Source: a virus
Lineage: Duplodnaviria > Caudoviricetes
IMG/VR virus record: IMGVR_UViG_3300019996_000012
Location: 1-38,814 of that record
Length of the DNA: 38,814 nt
Reading direction: 5' to 3' (one strand)
Part shown: positions 16,949 to 26,623 of the stretch, piece after piece
How positions within the stretch are numbered: position 1 is the first letter of the stretch
Layout: the number at the start of each line of letters is the position of its first letter
Notes under the pieces: generated by a model
Database searches by the model: none
Told to the model about the DNA's origin: nothing
The model's input: only the letters and a program-made list of their open reading frames with translations
Made by a program: the position numbers and the translations under genes

Positions 16949-17674
16949 ATGGCATGGGTTCCAGCGGCCCTTGGTGGTTTAAGTGCGGTAGCAGGTTTAT
17001 TTAGTGGTGGTGGGGGAGGAAGAACACGAAGAAGTAAAATATCCAAACTTCCAACAAAACTACCCGAACAAGAAGCATTTCTAAAATCGCTTTATGGGGG
17101 CGGAGGAATAGAATCTAATCCCCTTTATCAACAAGGACAATCTAATCTTATGAGAACGCTTCAAGGAGGTCCTGAGGCTTACAATGCCTTTGAAGCGCCT
17201 TTATTGCAACAATTCAATCAGCAGACAATCCCTGATATCATAGAACGATTTGGAGCAATGGGAACTGGTGCTGGCGCAACAAGTTCTGGAGGCTTAAATC
17301 AAGCTATCGCACAAGCTATGCAGGCTCTTGGAGTAGATTTAGGTGGTATTAGAGCAAATCTTCAGAATCAAGCAACTGGACAAGCTTTAGGATATGCACA
17401 GCAGCCACAAGCAAACAAATTAGCAGGTTTACAGATTGATCCTTTCGCGTATCATGAGCAACAGGCAACCCCGGGTTCACCTAGTCCATTATCCAATATT
17501 TTTGGAGGATTAGCAGGTGGATTAAGTCAAGGATTCGGACAAATGGCAGGAAATTATTTTGGTAATAAGACATTTGGTTCACCTGCAATGCAACCATCTT
17601 CAGGATCGCCTGGAGGTTCATTGAGTTATCAAAGACCACAAAGAACGTCGCTTCCATCATTTATGCAAAGGTAA
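16949..17674 (+). CDS. Probable DNA ejection/pilot protein (P22 gp7-like)
   Basis: Gly/Ala-rich hydrophobic N-terminus, Gln-rich body; first of three genes after the nozzle. Confidence 0.65.
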   Translation: MAWVPAALGGLSAVAGLFSGGGGGRTRRSKISKLPTKLPEQEAFLKSLYGGGGIESNPLYQQGQSNLMRTLQGGPEAYNAFEAPLLQQFNQQTIPDIIERFGAMGTGAGATSSGGLNQAIAQAMQALGVDLGGIRANLQNQATGQALGYAQQPQANKLAGLQIDPFAYHEQQATPGSPSPLSNIFGGLAGGLSQGFGQMAGNYFGNKTFGSPAMQPSSGSPGGSLSYQRPQRTSLPSFMQR

Positions 17675-17678
17675 TTAT

Positions 17679-18890
17679 ATGGTTCAGTTTTTTACATCAC
17701 AAGCTCCTCAAAGAACGCCTGGATTAGGAGATATTCTCGGTCAAGCAGTTGGTCAAGGTCTTCAATCTGGTATAGGAGCGGGATTTCAACAGGCTCAACA
17801 ACGTGGAGAACAAGAAAGGCAATCTTCTATGCTTGGAAGTGCGTTGCAAGAGGTTCAGCAAATTTACAATTCGAACTTGCCACAACAACAGAAAACGATT
17901 GCTGCTTATAAACTTCTTTCATCAAGACCAGAAGTTGCACAAGCTCTAACTAAGCAACTTTCCGATCAAGAAAGCGATATGCAATCTCAACAAGTACTGA
18001 ATCAATTATATCCAAGTCAAGGAACACCAAGTCAAGGAATTCCAGGACAACAAAATAATCCATCAGAACAGCAACCAACGATACCTCAGGAAGATCAATT
18101 ATATTCTGAAGAATTAATTGGAAGATTGAGTGCTTCAAAACCTGAAGTTGCTAAACAGCTTCGTGAACACAATAAGCAAGTATTAAAAAATAAACAACAT
18201 AGAGAAAAAATTCAGCAAGAAGAAAAACAGTTTTTCCATAAAGAAACCGCAAAACTTGATGAATCATTGTCTGAACAAGCGACAGCAGCAGAAAAGAAAA
18301 ATAGAGCTCTTGCTAGACAAATGGTAAACATAGACAAAATAAATTGGTGGGACAGAGCCGTCTCTTCTTTATTTAGTAATACTCCTTTTGGAGATCTTTT
18401 AAAATCAGAAACAGCTCAAGAATTTGATGCTAATACGCTTCCACAAATGGAAGGTCTTCGACAAATACTTGGGGGTGTTTTAAGTGATTCTGATATTCGT
18501 TTAATCTTGCAAAAAGTTGTCACATCTTCAAAGAACCCCGAAGCAAACAAAAAAATTGCCAAATGGTTAACACAAGAAAATGATCTTGTTATAGCAAAAA
18601 AAAGGATTGGCGATGAAATCAAAAAGAGAAATGGAGGCTACAGACCGGCAAATTACGAAGAAGAAAGAGATCGTGTTTTTTATGAAAGGTATGGAAAGGA
18701 TATTCAAGAAGGTTTCCAGGATATTATGTCATTAAAGGATGATAAAAAGAAACTGGAGAAAATAGGAAGAAGAAAAGTACCGCCAGGCACTCCATTAAGT
18801 GAAAGAGTAACTGATATGTACCTAGATATGGCTGATGGTGACTTTAATAAAGCCGCCAAGATGGCAAATGAGGATGGTTATGACTTCTAA
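17679..18890 (+). CDS. Probable DNA ejection protein (gp20-like)
   Basis: Gly/Gln-rich N-terminus, coiled coil; position. Confidence 0.6.
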   Translation: MVQFFTSQAPQRTPGLGDILGQAVGQGLQSGIGAGFQQAQQRGEQERQSSMLGSALQEVQQIYNSNLPQQQKTIAAYKLLSSRPEVAQALTKQLSDQESDMQSQQVLNQLYPSQGTPSQGIPGQQNNPSEQQPTIPQEDQLYSEELIGRLSASKPEVAKQLREHNKQVLKNKQHREKIQQEEKQFFHKETAKLDESLSEQATAAEKKNRALARQMVNIDKINWWDRAVSSLFSNTPFGDLLKSETAQEFDANTLPQMEGLRQILGGVLSDSDIRLILQKVVTSSKNPEANKKIAKWLTQENDLVIAKKRIGDEIKKRNGGYRPANYEEERDRVFYERYGKDIQEGFQDIMSLKDDKKKLEKIGRRKVPPGTPLSERVTDMYLDMADGDFNKAAKMANEDGYDF

Positions 18891-20376
18891 TGTTAACCCA
18901 TTTTTTATTAGAGCACAACAGAGGCAAAATGGTGCAGCAAGTTCTTTACTTATTCCAAAAAAGAATGAAATTTCAGATAATCCTTTCCAAAAAAGAGCTC
19001 AACAAAGAAAGGCTGAAGAAGAAAACGCGGGTCTAGTCGATACTTCCAAAGATGTTGCACAACAAATAGTTGCTAAGGGTGCGCAAGGAATATTAGGATC
19101 ATATGGCAACATCCTTGATACTTTTGGATTACAATCTAAAGAAAATTTATTGCCCGGTCAAAAGGCTAATTTAGAGAGCGCCTATAACGATGAATATGAT
19201 TTAGGACTAAATGATGAAATTCTTCCCAATTATGCGAGATTGCCTTCTTCAAAACAAGCAAAAGAAGCCGTCGAATTAACTACCGGTATAGGAGAAGGAA
19301 AAACTCCTTCAGGAAGAATAGTAGGAAGAGGAGCCGAATTTGCTGGAGAAGGCTTAGCAACTGGGGGTGGAGTCAAAACTTTACTGACTCTCGCGGGAGC
19401 TGGAGCAACAGGTCAGGGATTGAGAGAGATGGGAGCTCCTGAAAGTTTGGCATCGGGAGCAGAAATTGCGGGATCGATTCTACCTTCATTAATTAGCGGA
19501 AAAGTCAACCCTAGATCACAAGAGGCTCAAAAGATCGTAAATGCAGGCAGAACAGTAAGTTTAACAGAAAAACAAATTGCGCCTTTAATTCAGGGCGAAG
19601 GAAAAGTTTCCTTTTTATCGAAAATTGCAAGAAAATCAGACAGGACTAAAAAAACTTTTGCGAACATCAAAGCAAGTCTTGGCGATTCTTATCAAAATAT
19701 CAAAACTGAAGTTGCAAAACTTCCAAAGATAAATAATAAAAACCAAAATTTACTTTATGATAAATTTACTTCAATTCGGGAAGAACTTTCAAAGACTTTA
19801 AAAGCTTCTCCAGACAAGGAATCTGCGATAAAATTTATAGATGATGCTATTTCAAAACTTTCCAATCATGGAGCATCACCAGAAGAATTGATTAACTTTT
19901 GGCAGGATATAAACAAATCTGTGCCTTGGAATAAAATTGATAGTGGAAAAAAAACTTTGTCGCAATTAAAAGAACCTATTCTTGAAGTTTTGAGTGATGT
20001 TGCACCGCAAGCAGCCAAAGATTTCGAGATGACAAATTTACTTTATTCCAAATATGCTCAAATCTCTAAAAAATTGAAACCTGATATTGTAGATAGTTTC
20101 ATCAATAAAGCCGAAGTTATGGCATTCATTCCCGCTGGATTATCGTTAGTTTATGGAAATGTTGCCCCTTTAGCCGGTTTAGCAACTGAATCAGCATTGC
20201 GAATTTTAGGTAGAGAAATGCTCATTAATCCTTATTTCATGAATCTAGGACATAAGTTACAAAAAAACTTTAACCAAGCTTCATTTAAAGGTGTAAAAGA
20301 TCTTGTGAATAATGCCAAAGAATTGCTGGAAGAAAAACATCCTGATGAAGACTGGAATTTCCTAGTTCAGGATTAA
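18880..20376 (+). CDS. Probable DNA ejection protein (gp16-like)
   Basis: Helical, with Gly/Ala-rich hydrophobic segments; GAGGA RBS before ATG 18880. Confidence 0.6.
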   Translation: MTSNVNPFFIRAQQRQNGAASSLLIPKKNEISDNPFQKRAQQRKAEEENAGLVDTSKDVAQQIVAKGAQGILGSYGNILDTFGLQSKENLLPGQKANLESAYNDEYDLGLNDEILPNYARLPSSKQAKEAVELTTGIGEGKTPSGRIVGRGAEFAGEGLATGGGVKTLLTLAGAGATGQGLREMGAPESLASGAEIAGSILPSLISGKVNPRSQEAQKIVNAGRTVSLTEKQIAPLIQGEGKVSFLSKIARKSDRTKKTFANIKASLGDSYQNIKTEVAKLPKINNKNQNLLYDKFTSIREELSKTLKASPDKESAIKFIDDAISKLSNHGASPEELINFWQDINKSVPWNKIDSGKKTLSQLKEPILEVLSDVAPQAAKDFEMTNLLYSKYAQISKKLKPDIVDSFINKAEVMAFIPAGLSLVYGNVAPLAGLATESALRILGREMLINPYFMNLGHKLQKNFNQASFKGVKDLVNNAKELLEEKHPDEDWNFLVQD

Positions 20377-20435
20377 TCCAGCCATGTCAACAACAACATT
20401 CCACCTAAACCTACAAGTAAACCTAAAATTATCAT
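20373..20435 (-). CDS. 20-aa hydrophobic peptide
   Basis: MIILGLLVGLGGMLLLTWLD; ATG 1 nt after the stop of the upstream minus-strand gene, with an AGG RBS. Confidence 0.45.
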   Translation of the reverse strand: MIILGLLVGLGGMLLLTWLD

Positions 20436-20436
20436 A

Positions 20437-20820
20437 TTAACCTATAAAATGTTTTAATTGAGAAAGAATATACACTTTTGGGGCCACATAAATATTTACT
20501 AAATTGTGTATTTCGTTGATCAAACCTGCAGTAATAGGGAGCAAAGCAAAAGGGATTATGAGGGAATAGAGAAAAACAAGAAATCCTTGATCAAACATAT
20601 CTGTTTTTTTGGAAGAATTAGGATAAATATCCAAAACACAGATCAACAAAAAAGCAACAAAAACTACGAAGAGAATTGAAAAATCAATCCAAGCTTTAAT
20701 GGTCGCTGCCTTCATAAATTGAGATATGAAATCAGGCCATTGACATTGCACAAAATCAGAAGAAGATTCAACCCAATCTATGATTTTTTTTATTAATTCT
20801 TGGGATTCAGAGGGTTCCAT
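20437..20820 (-). CDS. Two-TM membrane protein
   Basis: Two hydrophobic helices; coupled to the upstream gene. Confidence 0.7.
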   Translation of the reverse strand: MEPSESQELIKKIIDWVESSSDFVQCQWPDFISQFMKAATIKAWIDFSILFVVFVAFLLICVLDIYPNSSKKTDMFDQGFLVFLYSLIIPFALLPITAGLINEIHNLVNIYVAPKVYILSQLKHFIG

Positions 20821-21047
20821 TATTTTGTCTTTTCATGAAATGCAAGCAAATGAGCTTTAAAATTTGCATCTTGTTTTTCTAGAGTTGAGTGAAAATCCTT
20901 CATTTCATCATGAATAGCTCGGACAAGTTCTCTTGTAGATTCTAATTTTGTATCCATATGGCGGATATCCGATCTTGATTCTGAACGATTCCAAAAGAAA
21001 GCTCCAACCATTGTTAATATAAAAATTGCGAATTGTATTAAATCCAT
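20820..21047 (-). CDS. N-terminal TM anchor plus coiled-coil protein
   Basis: MDLIQFAIFILTMVGAFFWNRSESRSDIRHMD.KLE..RELVRAIHDEMKDFH; GAGGA RBS. Confidence 0.8.
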   Translation of the reverse strand: MDLIQFAIFILTMVGAFFWNRSESRSDIRHMDTKLESTRELVRAIHDEMKDFHSTLEKQDANFKAHLLAFHEKTK

Positions 21048-21068
21048 AAAATTCCTCGTTTTTCTTTC

Positions 21069-21097
21069 ATAATATCAAGTCCACACTATTTTGTGAA
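21069..21097 (-). promoter_or_regulatory. Promoter of the antisense membrane-protein cassette
   Basis: TTCACA-17-TATTAT on the - strand, with TG upstream of the -10. Confidence 0.5.
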
Positions 21098-21249
21098 CAG
21101 GAAAAATAAATTTAATCTCCTTGTCCCAAACAATCTGTCTTATTTCCAAGTTATTATCTAAAATATATTTAAAGTTAATTAACGAAATCCTACTAAAAAC
21201 TACCAATCATAGTTAGTTAATCTTTTTGTTAAAATTAGTTTGATAATTG

Positions 21250-21278
21250 TTTACATTAAATATTTCATTTGATAGGTT
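21250..21278 (+). promoter_or_regulatory. Candidate promoter of the tail-fibre operon
   Basis: TTTACA-17-TAGGTT with extended TG; same style as 37569-37597. Confidence 0.4.
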
Positions 21279-21340
21279 GCGGTCGAGAAGAGTTCTTCTC
21301 ATAAAACATTTTCGAGCAAACCGTATCCAGAGGTACATAT

Positions 21341-23923
21341 ATGAGCGGCAAAGACCCTATTCCACAAGCACAAGCATATCAGGGCGTACGCGCCACAACT
21401 CCAGCGAACTTAATTACAGCAAGTAGAGATCCAGGAAATTCCGATAAAAAATATCCGCTCGGTACTCAATGGCTTAATAAATCAACTCAAACACTTTTCA
21501 CTCTAGTAGGCACAACAAACGGTCTTCCGGTTTGGGATGCGGGTGGAGTAGCTGCGGCATCAACATCAGCCTTAGGAACAGTCAAATTATCCACTCTAGC
21601 ACAATTAGAAGCAGGTACAGCTCCATCAGGTTCTGTCGTTCCTCTCGCAAATGACGTTTTCACATATGTACAAAGCGTGGTCCTTGCGGGTGCAAACATC
21701 GCTCAGACAGGTGTGACAGGTATAACTAACCTATCAACTGATGCACAAGCAGTTGCCGGAACAGCGACAGTTCCAGGCGTAACAGCTTTAGCAGTTCAAC
21801 CATCTAACTTAGCAGCGGTATTTGCTGCTCCTCCAACAATTGGTAACACAACACCAAGCACTGGAGCATTCACAACTTTAGCTTTCACAACTGCAACTGG
21901 TACAGCAGGTGGTACTTGGGCTTCTGGCGGTACAGCGATTTCAATTGGCGCTGATGCTACAACAGACACCATAAACATTGGTACTGGTGCCGCAGCGAGA
22001 ACAATCCATATCGGCGATTCGACACAAGCCAACTTAGTAACGATTGGTTCTGCTACTGGAGCGGCGGCATTAACTCTAAAAGCTGGTACAGGTAACTTCG
22101 TTTTAACAACTGCTGCAACTACAAACGTCACAATGGCCGCAGCTCAAACGAGTGGTACTTTTACAATCGGTGGTACAGCTCAAACAGGTACAATGACACT
22201 TGGTTCGTCCTCTGGAACGAATATCGTTGCTATCGGCGCAGGAGCTGGAGCAACAACCGTTAATATTTCTAACGCTAACACGGCTGGAGCAATCAACGTG
22301 GGTGCTGGTTTTACAAGTGGTACAATCACAATTGGTGGTACTGCTCAAACCGGTAACATGGTTCTGGGTTCAAGTTCTGGATCTAATGCGCTTTCGATTG
22401 CAGCAGGGTCAGGAGCCACCACATTGACTTTAGCAAACGTTCAAACAGGTGGATCTGTTGCCGTAGGTAACGGTATGACAACCGGTACTATTACTTTTGG
22501 TGGTACTGCACAGACTGGTACTATTACCTTAGGTTCATCAAGCGGAACGAATAGCGTGCTTATAGCTAACGGTTCAGGAGCTTCAACCGTTTCAATCGCA
22601 AACGTTCAGGTTGCTGGTGTTGTTAATATTGGTACAGCAATGACAACTGGTACCCTAAACATTGGTTCTACAGCTGCCGGTACAGGTACTATCACATTTG
22701 CTGGCGGTACTGGTGCTCAAACGATAAATATTGCCAATTCGACCGGAGGGAAAACGGTCGCGATAGCCACAGGTGCCGGAGCCAACATAGTTTCCTTAGG
22801 CTCGAATAACGGTGCTTCTTCATTAACATTGAAGGCTGGTACTGGTAACTTCTCGTTAGACGGTGCAGCTGCAACAACTTATGCAGTCGGCGCATCTACA
22901 ACTACAGGTACAATCACGATAGGTGGTACTGCCCAGACAGGTACTTTAACTCTAGGTTCATCATCAGGAACTAACATCATTGCAATTGGTGCGGGCGCTG
23001 GTGCTACAGACCTTCAGTTAGTTAACAGTCAGCTTGCTGGATCCGTTGAAATGGGTACAGCGATGACCACCGGTACTATCACTTTGGGTGGTACAGCACA
23101 GACAGGAACTATTACACTCGGATCTTCATCCGGTACAAACAGTGTGCTAATAGCTAACGGCTCGGGAGCGACAACTCTTGCCTTAGCTAACGTACAAACG
23201 GCTGGTAGTGTTGCAGTTGGTACAGGTATGACAACCGGTACTATTACTTTTGGTGGTACTGCACAGACTGGTACTATTACCTTAGGTTCATCCTCGGGTA
23301 CAAACAGTGTTCTTATTGCCAATGGTTCGGGTGCTACAACACTTTCTATGGCCAACGTTCAAGTTGCTGGTGCTGTGAATATTGCAACAGCCATGACAAC
23401 AGGTAACATTGCTATTGGTAGTGCTCAAACTTCTGGTACTTTGACCATAGGTTCAACTGCCGCTGGTACAGGTGCTACAAGAATAGCGGATGGTACAGGC
23501 GCGCAGACAGTGACCATCGCTACCGGAGCCGGAGCTAAAACGGTTACTTTGGGATCTACTAACTCAACATCTACTTTAACACTTCAATCCGGTTCTGGAA
23601 ACGTTGTTGTTACAGGTGGTAACTTAAAAATCAATAGTGCTGGAAAAATGCTCCAGGTTCACTCAGGAGCTGTAACAGACTTTATCGGAACTGGTGTTTT
23701 GACAGCGGGTACTCAAACTATTGCAAATACAAATATTGCAACTGGTGACGTGATTTTACTTACGAGATTAACTGTAGCTGCTTCTACAACTCTTGGTGAA
23801 CTAACCTACACAATCAGTAACGGCGCAAGCTTTACTGTAACAAGTGTTATCTTAGGAACACCAGGAAGCACGCAAACAGGTGACGTAAGTACTTATGCTT
23901 ACATGATTGTTCGTCCAGCATAA
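21341..23923 (+). CDS. Long tail fibre/adhesin-like protein, Gly/Thr/Ala/Ser repeat beta-solenoid
   Basis: 860 aa; six ~55-aa repeats 'TGTITIGGTAQTGTITLGSSSGTN...'; N-terminal 'RDP...DKKYPLGTQWLN'. Confidence 0.75.
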   Translation: MSGKDPIPQAQAYQGVRATTPANLITASRDPGNSDKKYPLGTQWLNKSTQTLFTLVGTTNGLPVWDAGGVAAASTSALGTVKLSTLAQLEAGTAPSGSVVPLANDVFTYVQSVVLAGANIAQTGVTGITNLSTDAQAVAGTATVPGVTALAVQPSNLAAVFAAPPTIGNTTPSTGAFTTLAFTTATGTAGGTWASGGTAISIGADATTDTINIGTGAAARTIHIGDSTQANLVTIGSATGAAALTLKAGTGNFVLTTAATTNVTMAAAQTSGTFTIGGTAQTGTMTLGSSSGTNIVAIGAGAGATTVNISNANTAGAINVGAGFTSGTITIGGTAQTGNMVLGSSSGSNALSIAAGSGATTLTLANVQTGGSVAVGNGMTTGTITFGGTAQTGTITLGSSSGTNSVLIANGSGASTVSIANVQVAGVVNIGTAMTTGTLNIGSTAAGTGTITFAGGTGAQTINIANSTGGKTVAIATGAGANIVSLGSNNGASSLTLKAGTGNFSLDGAAATTYAVGASTTTGTITIGGTAQTGTLTLGSSSGTNIIAIGAGAGATDLQLVNSQLAGSVEMGTAMTTGTITLGGTAQTGTITLGSSSGTNSVLIANGSGATTLALANVQTAGSVAVGTGMTTGTITFGGTAQTGTITLGSSSGTNSVLIANGSGATTLSMANVQVAGAVNIATAMTTGNIAIGSAQTSGTLTIGSTAAGTGATRIADGTGAQTVTIATGAGAKTVTLGSTNSTSTLTLQSGSGNVVVTGGNLKINSAGKMLQVHSGAVTDFIGTGVLTAGTQTIANTNIATGDVILLTRLTVAASTTLGELTYTISNGASFTVTSVILGTPGSTQTGDVSTYAYMIVRPA
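22472..23292 (+). repeat. Exact 68-bp direct repeat (22472-22539 and 23225-23292) within a 753-bp internal duplication
   Basis: ggtatgacaaccggtactattacttttggtggtactgcacagactggtactattaccttaggttcatc is present twice; LKAGTGNF also recurs at the 753-nt offset. Confidence 0.9.
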
Positions 23924-24011
23924 CAACATGAAATTACTCAAAAAAATACATAGCCTCATAAAAAAATTATGGGGTTATGTAACCAAACAAAATAAAAAGG
24001 AGAATAAGGAA

Positions 24012-24200
24012 ATGATTAAAAACAAAACTATTTTAGAAGTAAAAATCGGCGAAAGAGCTTACCAAATGGAATGTTATCCAGATTCCCCATTAGGTGAGAT
24101 TTTTGACGCTCTTTGTGCCATGAGAGGCTTTATCGTTCAAAGAATGATAGAAGAACAAGAAAAAGATAAAAAAGTGGTAGAAAAACCAAAAGAGGAATAA
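24012..24200 (+). CDS. Small protein, possible fibre chaperone
   Basis: MIKNKTILEVKIGER...; RBS-like AAGGAG/AAGGA upstream. The start could be further upstream (23928). Confidence 0.6.
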   Translation: MIKNKTILEVKIGERAYQMECYPDSPLGEIFDALCAMRGFIVQRMIEEQEKDKKVVEKPKEE

Positions 24201-24532
24201 TGCATTCTCGAAAAATTGCTTACGAAACTTTACGTAGTATTGATTCTGCAACTTTTACTGGTAGTTATCAAAATTTGGGAACCGCGCTTGCAAACGCGGC
24301 TTCCATTATTAAAATTGTCAATAATAGCACAGTACTTGTGACTGTTTCAATTGATGGCGTTAATGATCACGATATTTTGCCAGCAACTTCATTTGTCTTA
24401 TATGACATAACAAGCGATTCTCCTCATGAAACTGACAGTATTTTTGTTGAGAAAGGTCGTCAATATAGAGTTAAAGGTGTAGCAGGTACGGGGTCGGTTT
24501 ATTTAGTCGTTCAATATATAACGCAGGTTTAG
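24200..24532 (+). CDS. Small beta-rich virion protein
   Basis: 110 aa, GAGG RBS, TAATG coupling. Confidence 0.7.
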   Translation: MHSRKIAYETLRSIDSATFTGSYQNLGTALANAASIIKIVNNSTVLVTVSIDGVNDHDILPATSFVLYDITSDSPHETDSIFVEKGRQYRVKGVAGTGSVYLVVQYITQV

Positions 24533-24533
24533 G

Positions 24534-25088
24534 ATGTCACAAGCAGGACAAGTCAATTCGGCATCAGGGCCAGTTCCTCCAGCGGTTCCAACGAGTTTTG
24601 TTACTGATGTCAATTCACCATCAGTGCCAGTTGCAAATATTGAAAATGTTATTGGTGGAACAATCACCACAAATAACAATAATGGTGTCCAAACAGATGG
24701 ATCCTCAGGTGGTAACACTTTAACTGTTCAATTAACAAATAGAATTATTGCCACAGCAACAACTACTGATGGCGTTACTCCGGTCACAGTTTACTCTTTT
24801 TCCTTAGGTGCAACACCCGCTTCTTTTTTATTCTTTTCCAAACTTGTTGCTTTTGATGTGACTAGCAATCAAGGTGCTGGTTACAACTCATTTCGTTGCG
24901 TCCGCACTTCTGGGGCAGTGGGAACATTGATCGGTGCAGATGCAGGATTTATTGAAGAAGAAGGCGATATGACAAATGTAAACGCCGTAAATGGTATTTC
25001 TGGAAATAACCAACAGCTCGTTGTTACAGGAATAGCAGGACATACGATCCATTGGAAAGTTTTAGTAGAATATATTTCGGTATCTTAG
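24534..25088 (+). CDS. Tail-fibre-associated structural protein
   Basis: 184 aa, Thr/Val/Gly-rich, in the fibre operon. Confidence 0.65.
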   Translation: MSQAGQVNSASGPVPPAVPTSFVTDVNSPSVPVANIENVIGGTITTNNNNGVQTDGSSGGNTLTVQLTNRIIATATTTDGVTPVTVYSFSLGATPASFLFFSKLVAFDVTSNQGAGYNSFRCVRTSGAVGTLIGADAGFIEEEGDMTNVNAVNGISGNNQQLVVTGIAGHTIHWKVLVEYISVS

Positions 25089-25095
25089 GAGATTT

Positions 25096-26607
25096 ATGCC
25101 GGGTTTTGATAATGGAACAATGTTTGCAAACAATGTAGACTTTACTGGAAATAGTTCCGTTGCAGCGCAAGTTACGAGTAATGGACAGCTTCTAATTGGG
25201 TCTGCGGTTTCTCCGAACATACGTGTGGGAACTCTTACAGCCGGAACAGGAGTTTCGATTACAAATGGAAATGGAACAATTACTATTGGTCTTTCTGGTG
25301 GAGGAACTGCTTTAGAACATTTGACAGGCGATACCGGAGGGGCATTAAATCCAGATGGTAGCAATAATATCAATATCGTTGGAGGAACTCTTTCAGCTGG
25401 AACTAATGCATCTACTACAAGTGGGGCAGGAAGCACACTTACCATTACTTCAATCAATACAGCAAAATGGATTGTAGATCCTACGGCTAATCGTGGTACT
25501 CACCAAACAATAGCTTCTGCAATAACCGCCGCTTCTTCAGGGCAAACAATATTTATCCGTCCAGGTACTTACACGGAAAATCTTACATTGAAAGCCGGCG
25601 TAAATTTAACTGCTTTTGTATGTGATGCGCAAAATCCTAATGTCACCATAGTTGGTAAAGCAACATATACGTCAGCCGGAACAGTAGTTATTTCCGGAAT
25701 CAGGCTACAAACGAATAGTGATTTTGTATTGTCTCTAACGGGAGCAACAGCCAGTTCAACTGTAATTCTCAACGGATGTTATTTAAACGCGACCAATAAC
25801 ACTCTTTTATCTAACACCAAATCCGCCGGACCTTCAACAATAGCATGCTACAATTGTTTCGGCGATTTAACAACAACCGGTATTGCCTATTTTTCTGTGA
25901 CAGCAGGAGAGCTTTCATTTCAAAATTGCAATTTTACTAATACAGGAAGTTCCACAACAGCTAGTACTTTTTCTGCTGCAACTGCGTCTCAGTCAACAGA
26001 TATATTCTGTTCCAATATAACCAACGCAATGACATCTAGTAGTTCGAGTGCATTTAGTCTTTTTTCATCTGAGATAATTGGTGCTCTTATCCTGGGGTCG
26101 ACTAACACGCATACCATATATAGTTCTTTATTAATTGGCGGAGCCTCTTCAGCAGCTTCAATAAGTGTTGGAGCTGGTCTTGTCATTGTAAATTCAACAA
26201 TTAATAGCTCAAATACAAATGCATTAACTGGTGCTGGTTCAATTTCCTATTCAGGATTAGCGTTTACGGGTTCTTCATCATTGATAAATACAACCACACA
26301 AACGCCGTTGGTTTTCTCTAATGATGCGGTGAAAGTAACAACACCTGGAGCATATCCTTATACAACAATTCCGCAAGACGCCGTGATCCTAGTTGATTCG
26401 TCTTCGGCAAGAACAATTATTCCTTTAGCATCTCCCACAACAGGCCAAATGCATCGAATTAAAGACAACGCAGGATCTGCAGGTACAAACAATATCACAA
26501 TTACGCCATCAGGAAAAAATATTGATGGCGTTGCAAGTTTTGTAATCAATACTAACTATGGTTCTGCAGATATTGTATATAACGGTACTCAATGGAACGT
26601 ACTCTAA
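25096..26607 (+). CDS. Tail spike/fibre with pectin-lyase-like beta-helix
   Basis: 'NGQLLIGS....P...TLTAGTGVSITNG.GTITI' stalk; 'HQTIASAITAASSGQTIFIRPGTYTENLTLK' beta-helix cap; C-terminal 'IKD..G.A..NNITI......IDG......TNYGS...YNGTQW'. Confidence 0.75.
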   Translation: MPGFDNGTMFANNVDFTGNSSVAAQVTSNGQLLIGSAVSPNIRVGTLTAGTGVSITNGNGTITIGLSGGGTALEHLTGDTGGALNPDGSNNINIVGGTLSAGTNASTTSGAGSTLTITSINTAKWIVDPTANRGTHQTIASAITAASSGQTIFIRPGTYTENLTLKAGVNLTAFVCDAQNPNVTIVGKATYTSAGTVVISGIRLQTNSDFVLSLTGATASSTVILNGCYLNATNNTLLSNTKSAGPSTIACYNCFGDLTTTGIAYFSVTAGELSFQNCNFTNTGSSTTASTFSAATASQSTDIFCSNITNAMTSSSSSAFSLFSSEIIGALILGSTNTHTIYSSLLIGGASSAASISVGAGLVIVNSTINSSNTNALTGAGSISYSGLAFTGSSSLINTTTQTPLVFSNDAVKVTTPGAYPYTTIPQDAVILVDSSSARTIIPLASPTTGQMHRIKDNAGSAGTNNITITPSGKNIDGVASFVINTNYGSADIVYNGTQWNVL

Positions 26608-26623
26608 AAATAAAAGGTTAAAT

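Noticed and set aside
22100-23400. Repeats as a CRISPR array or DGR template/variable repeat
   Set aside because: The repeats are in-frame coding units with synonymous divergence. There are no unique spacers, no adenine-specific mismatch pattern and no reverse transcriptase gene.
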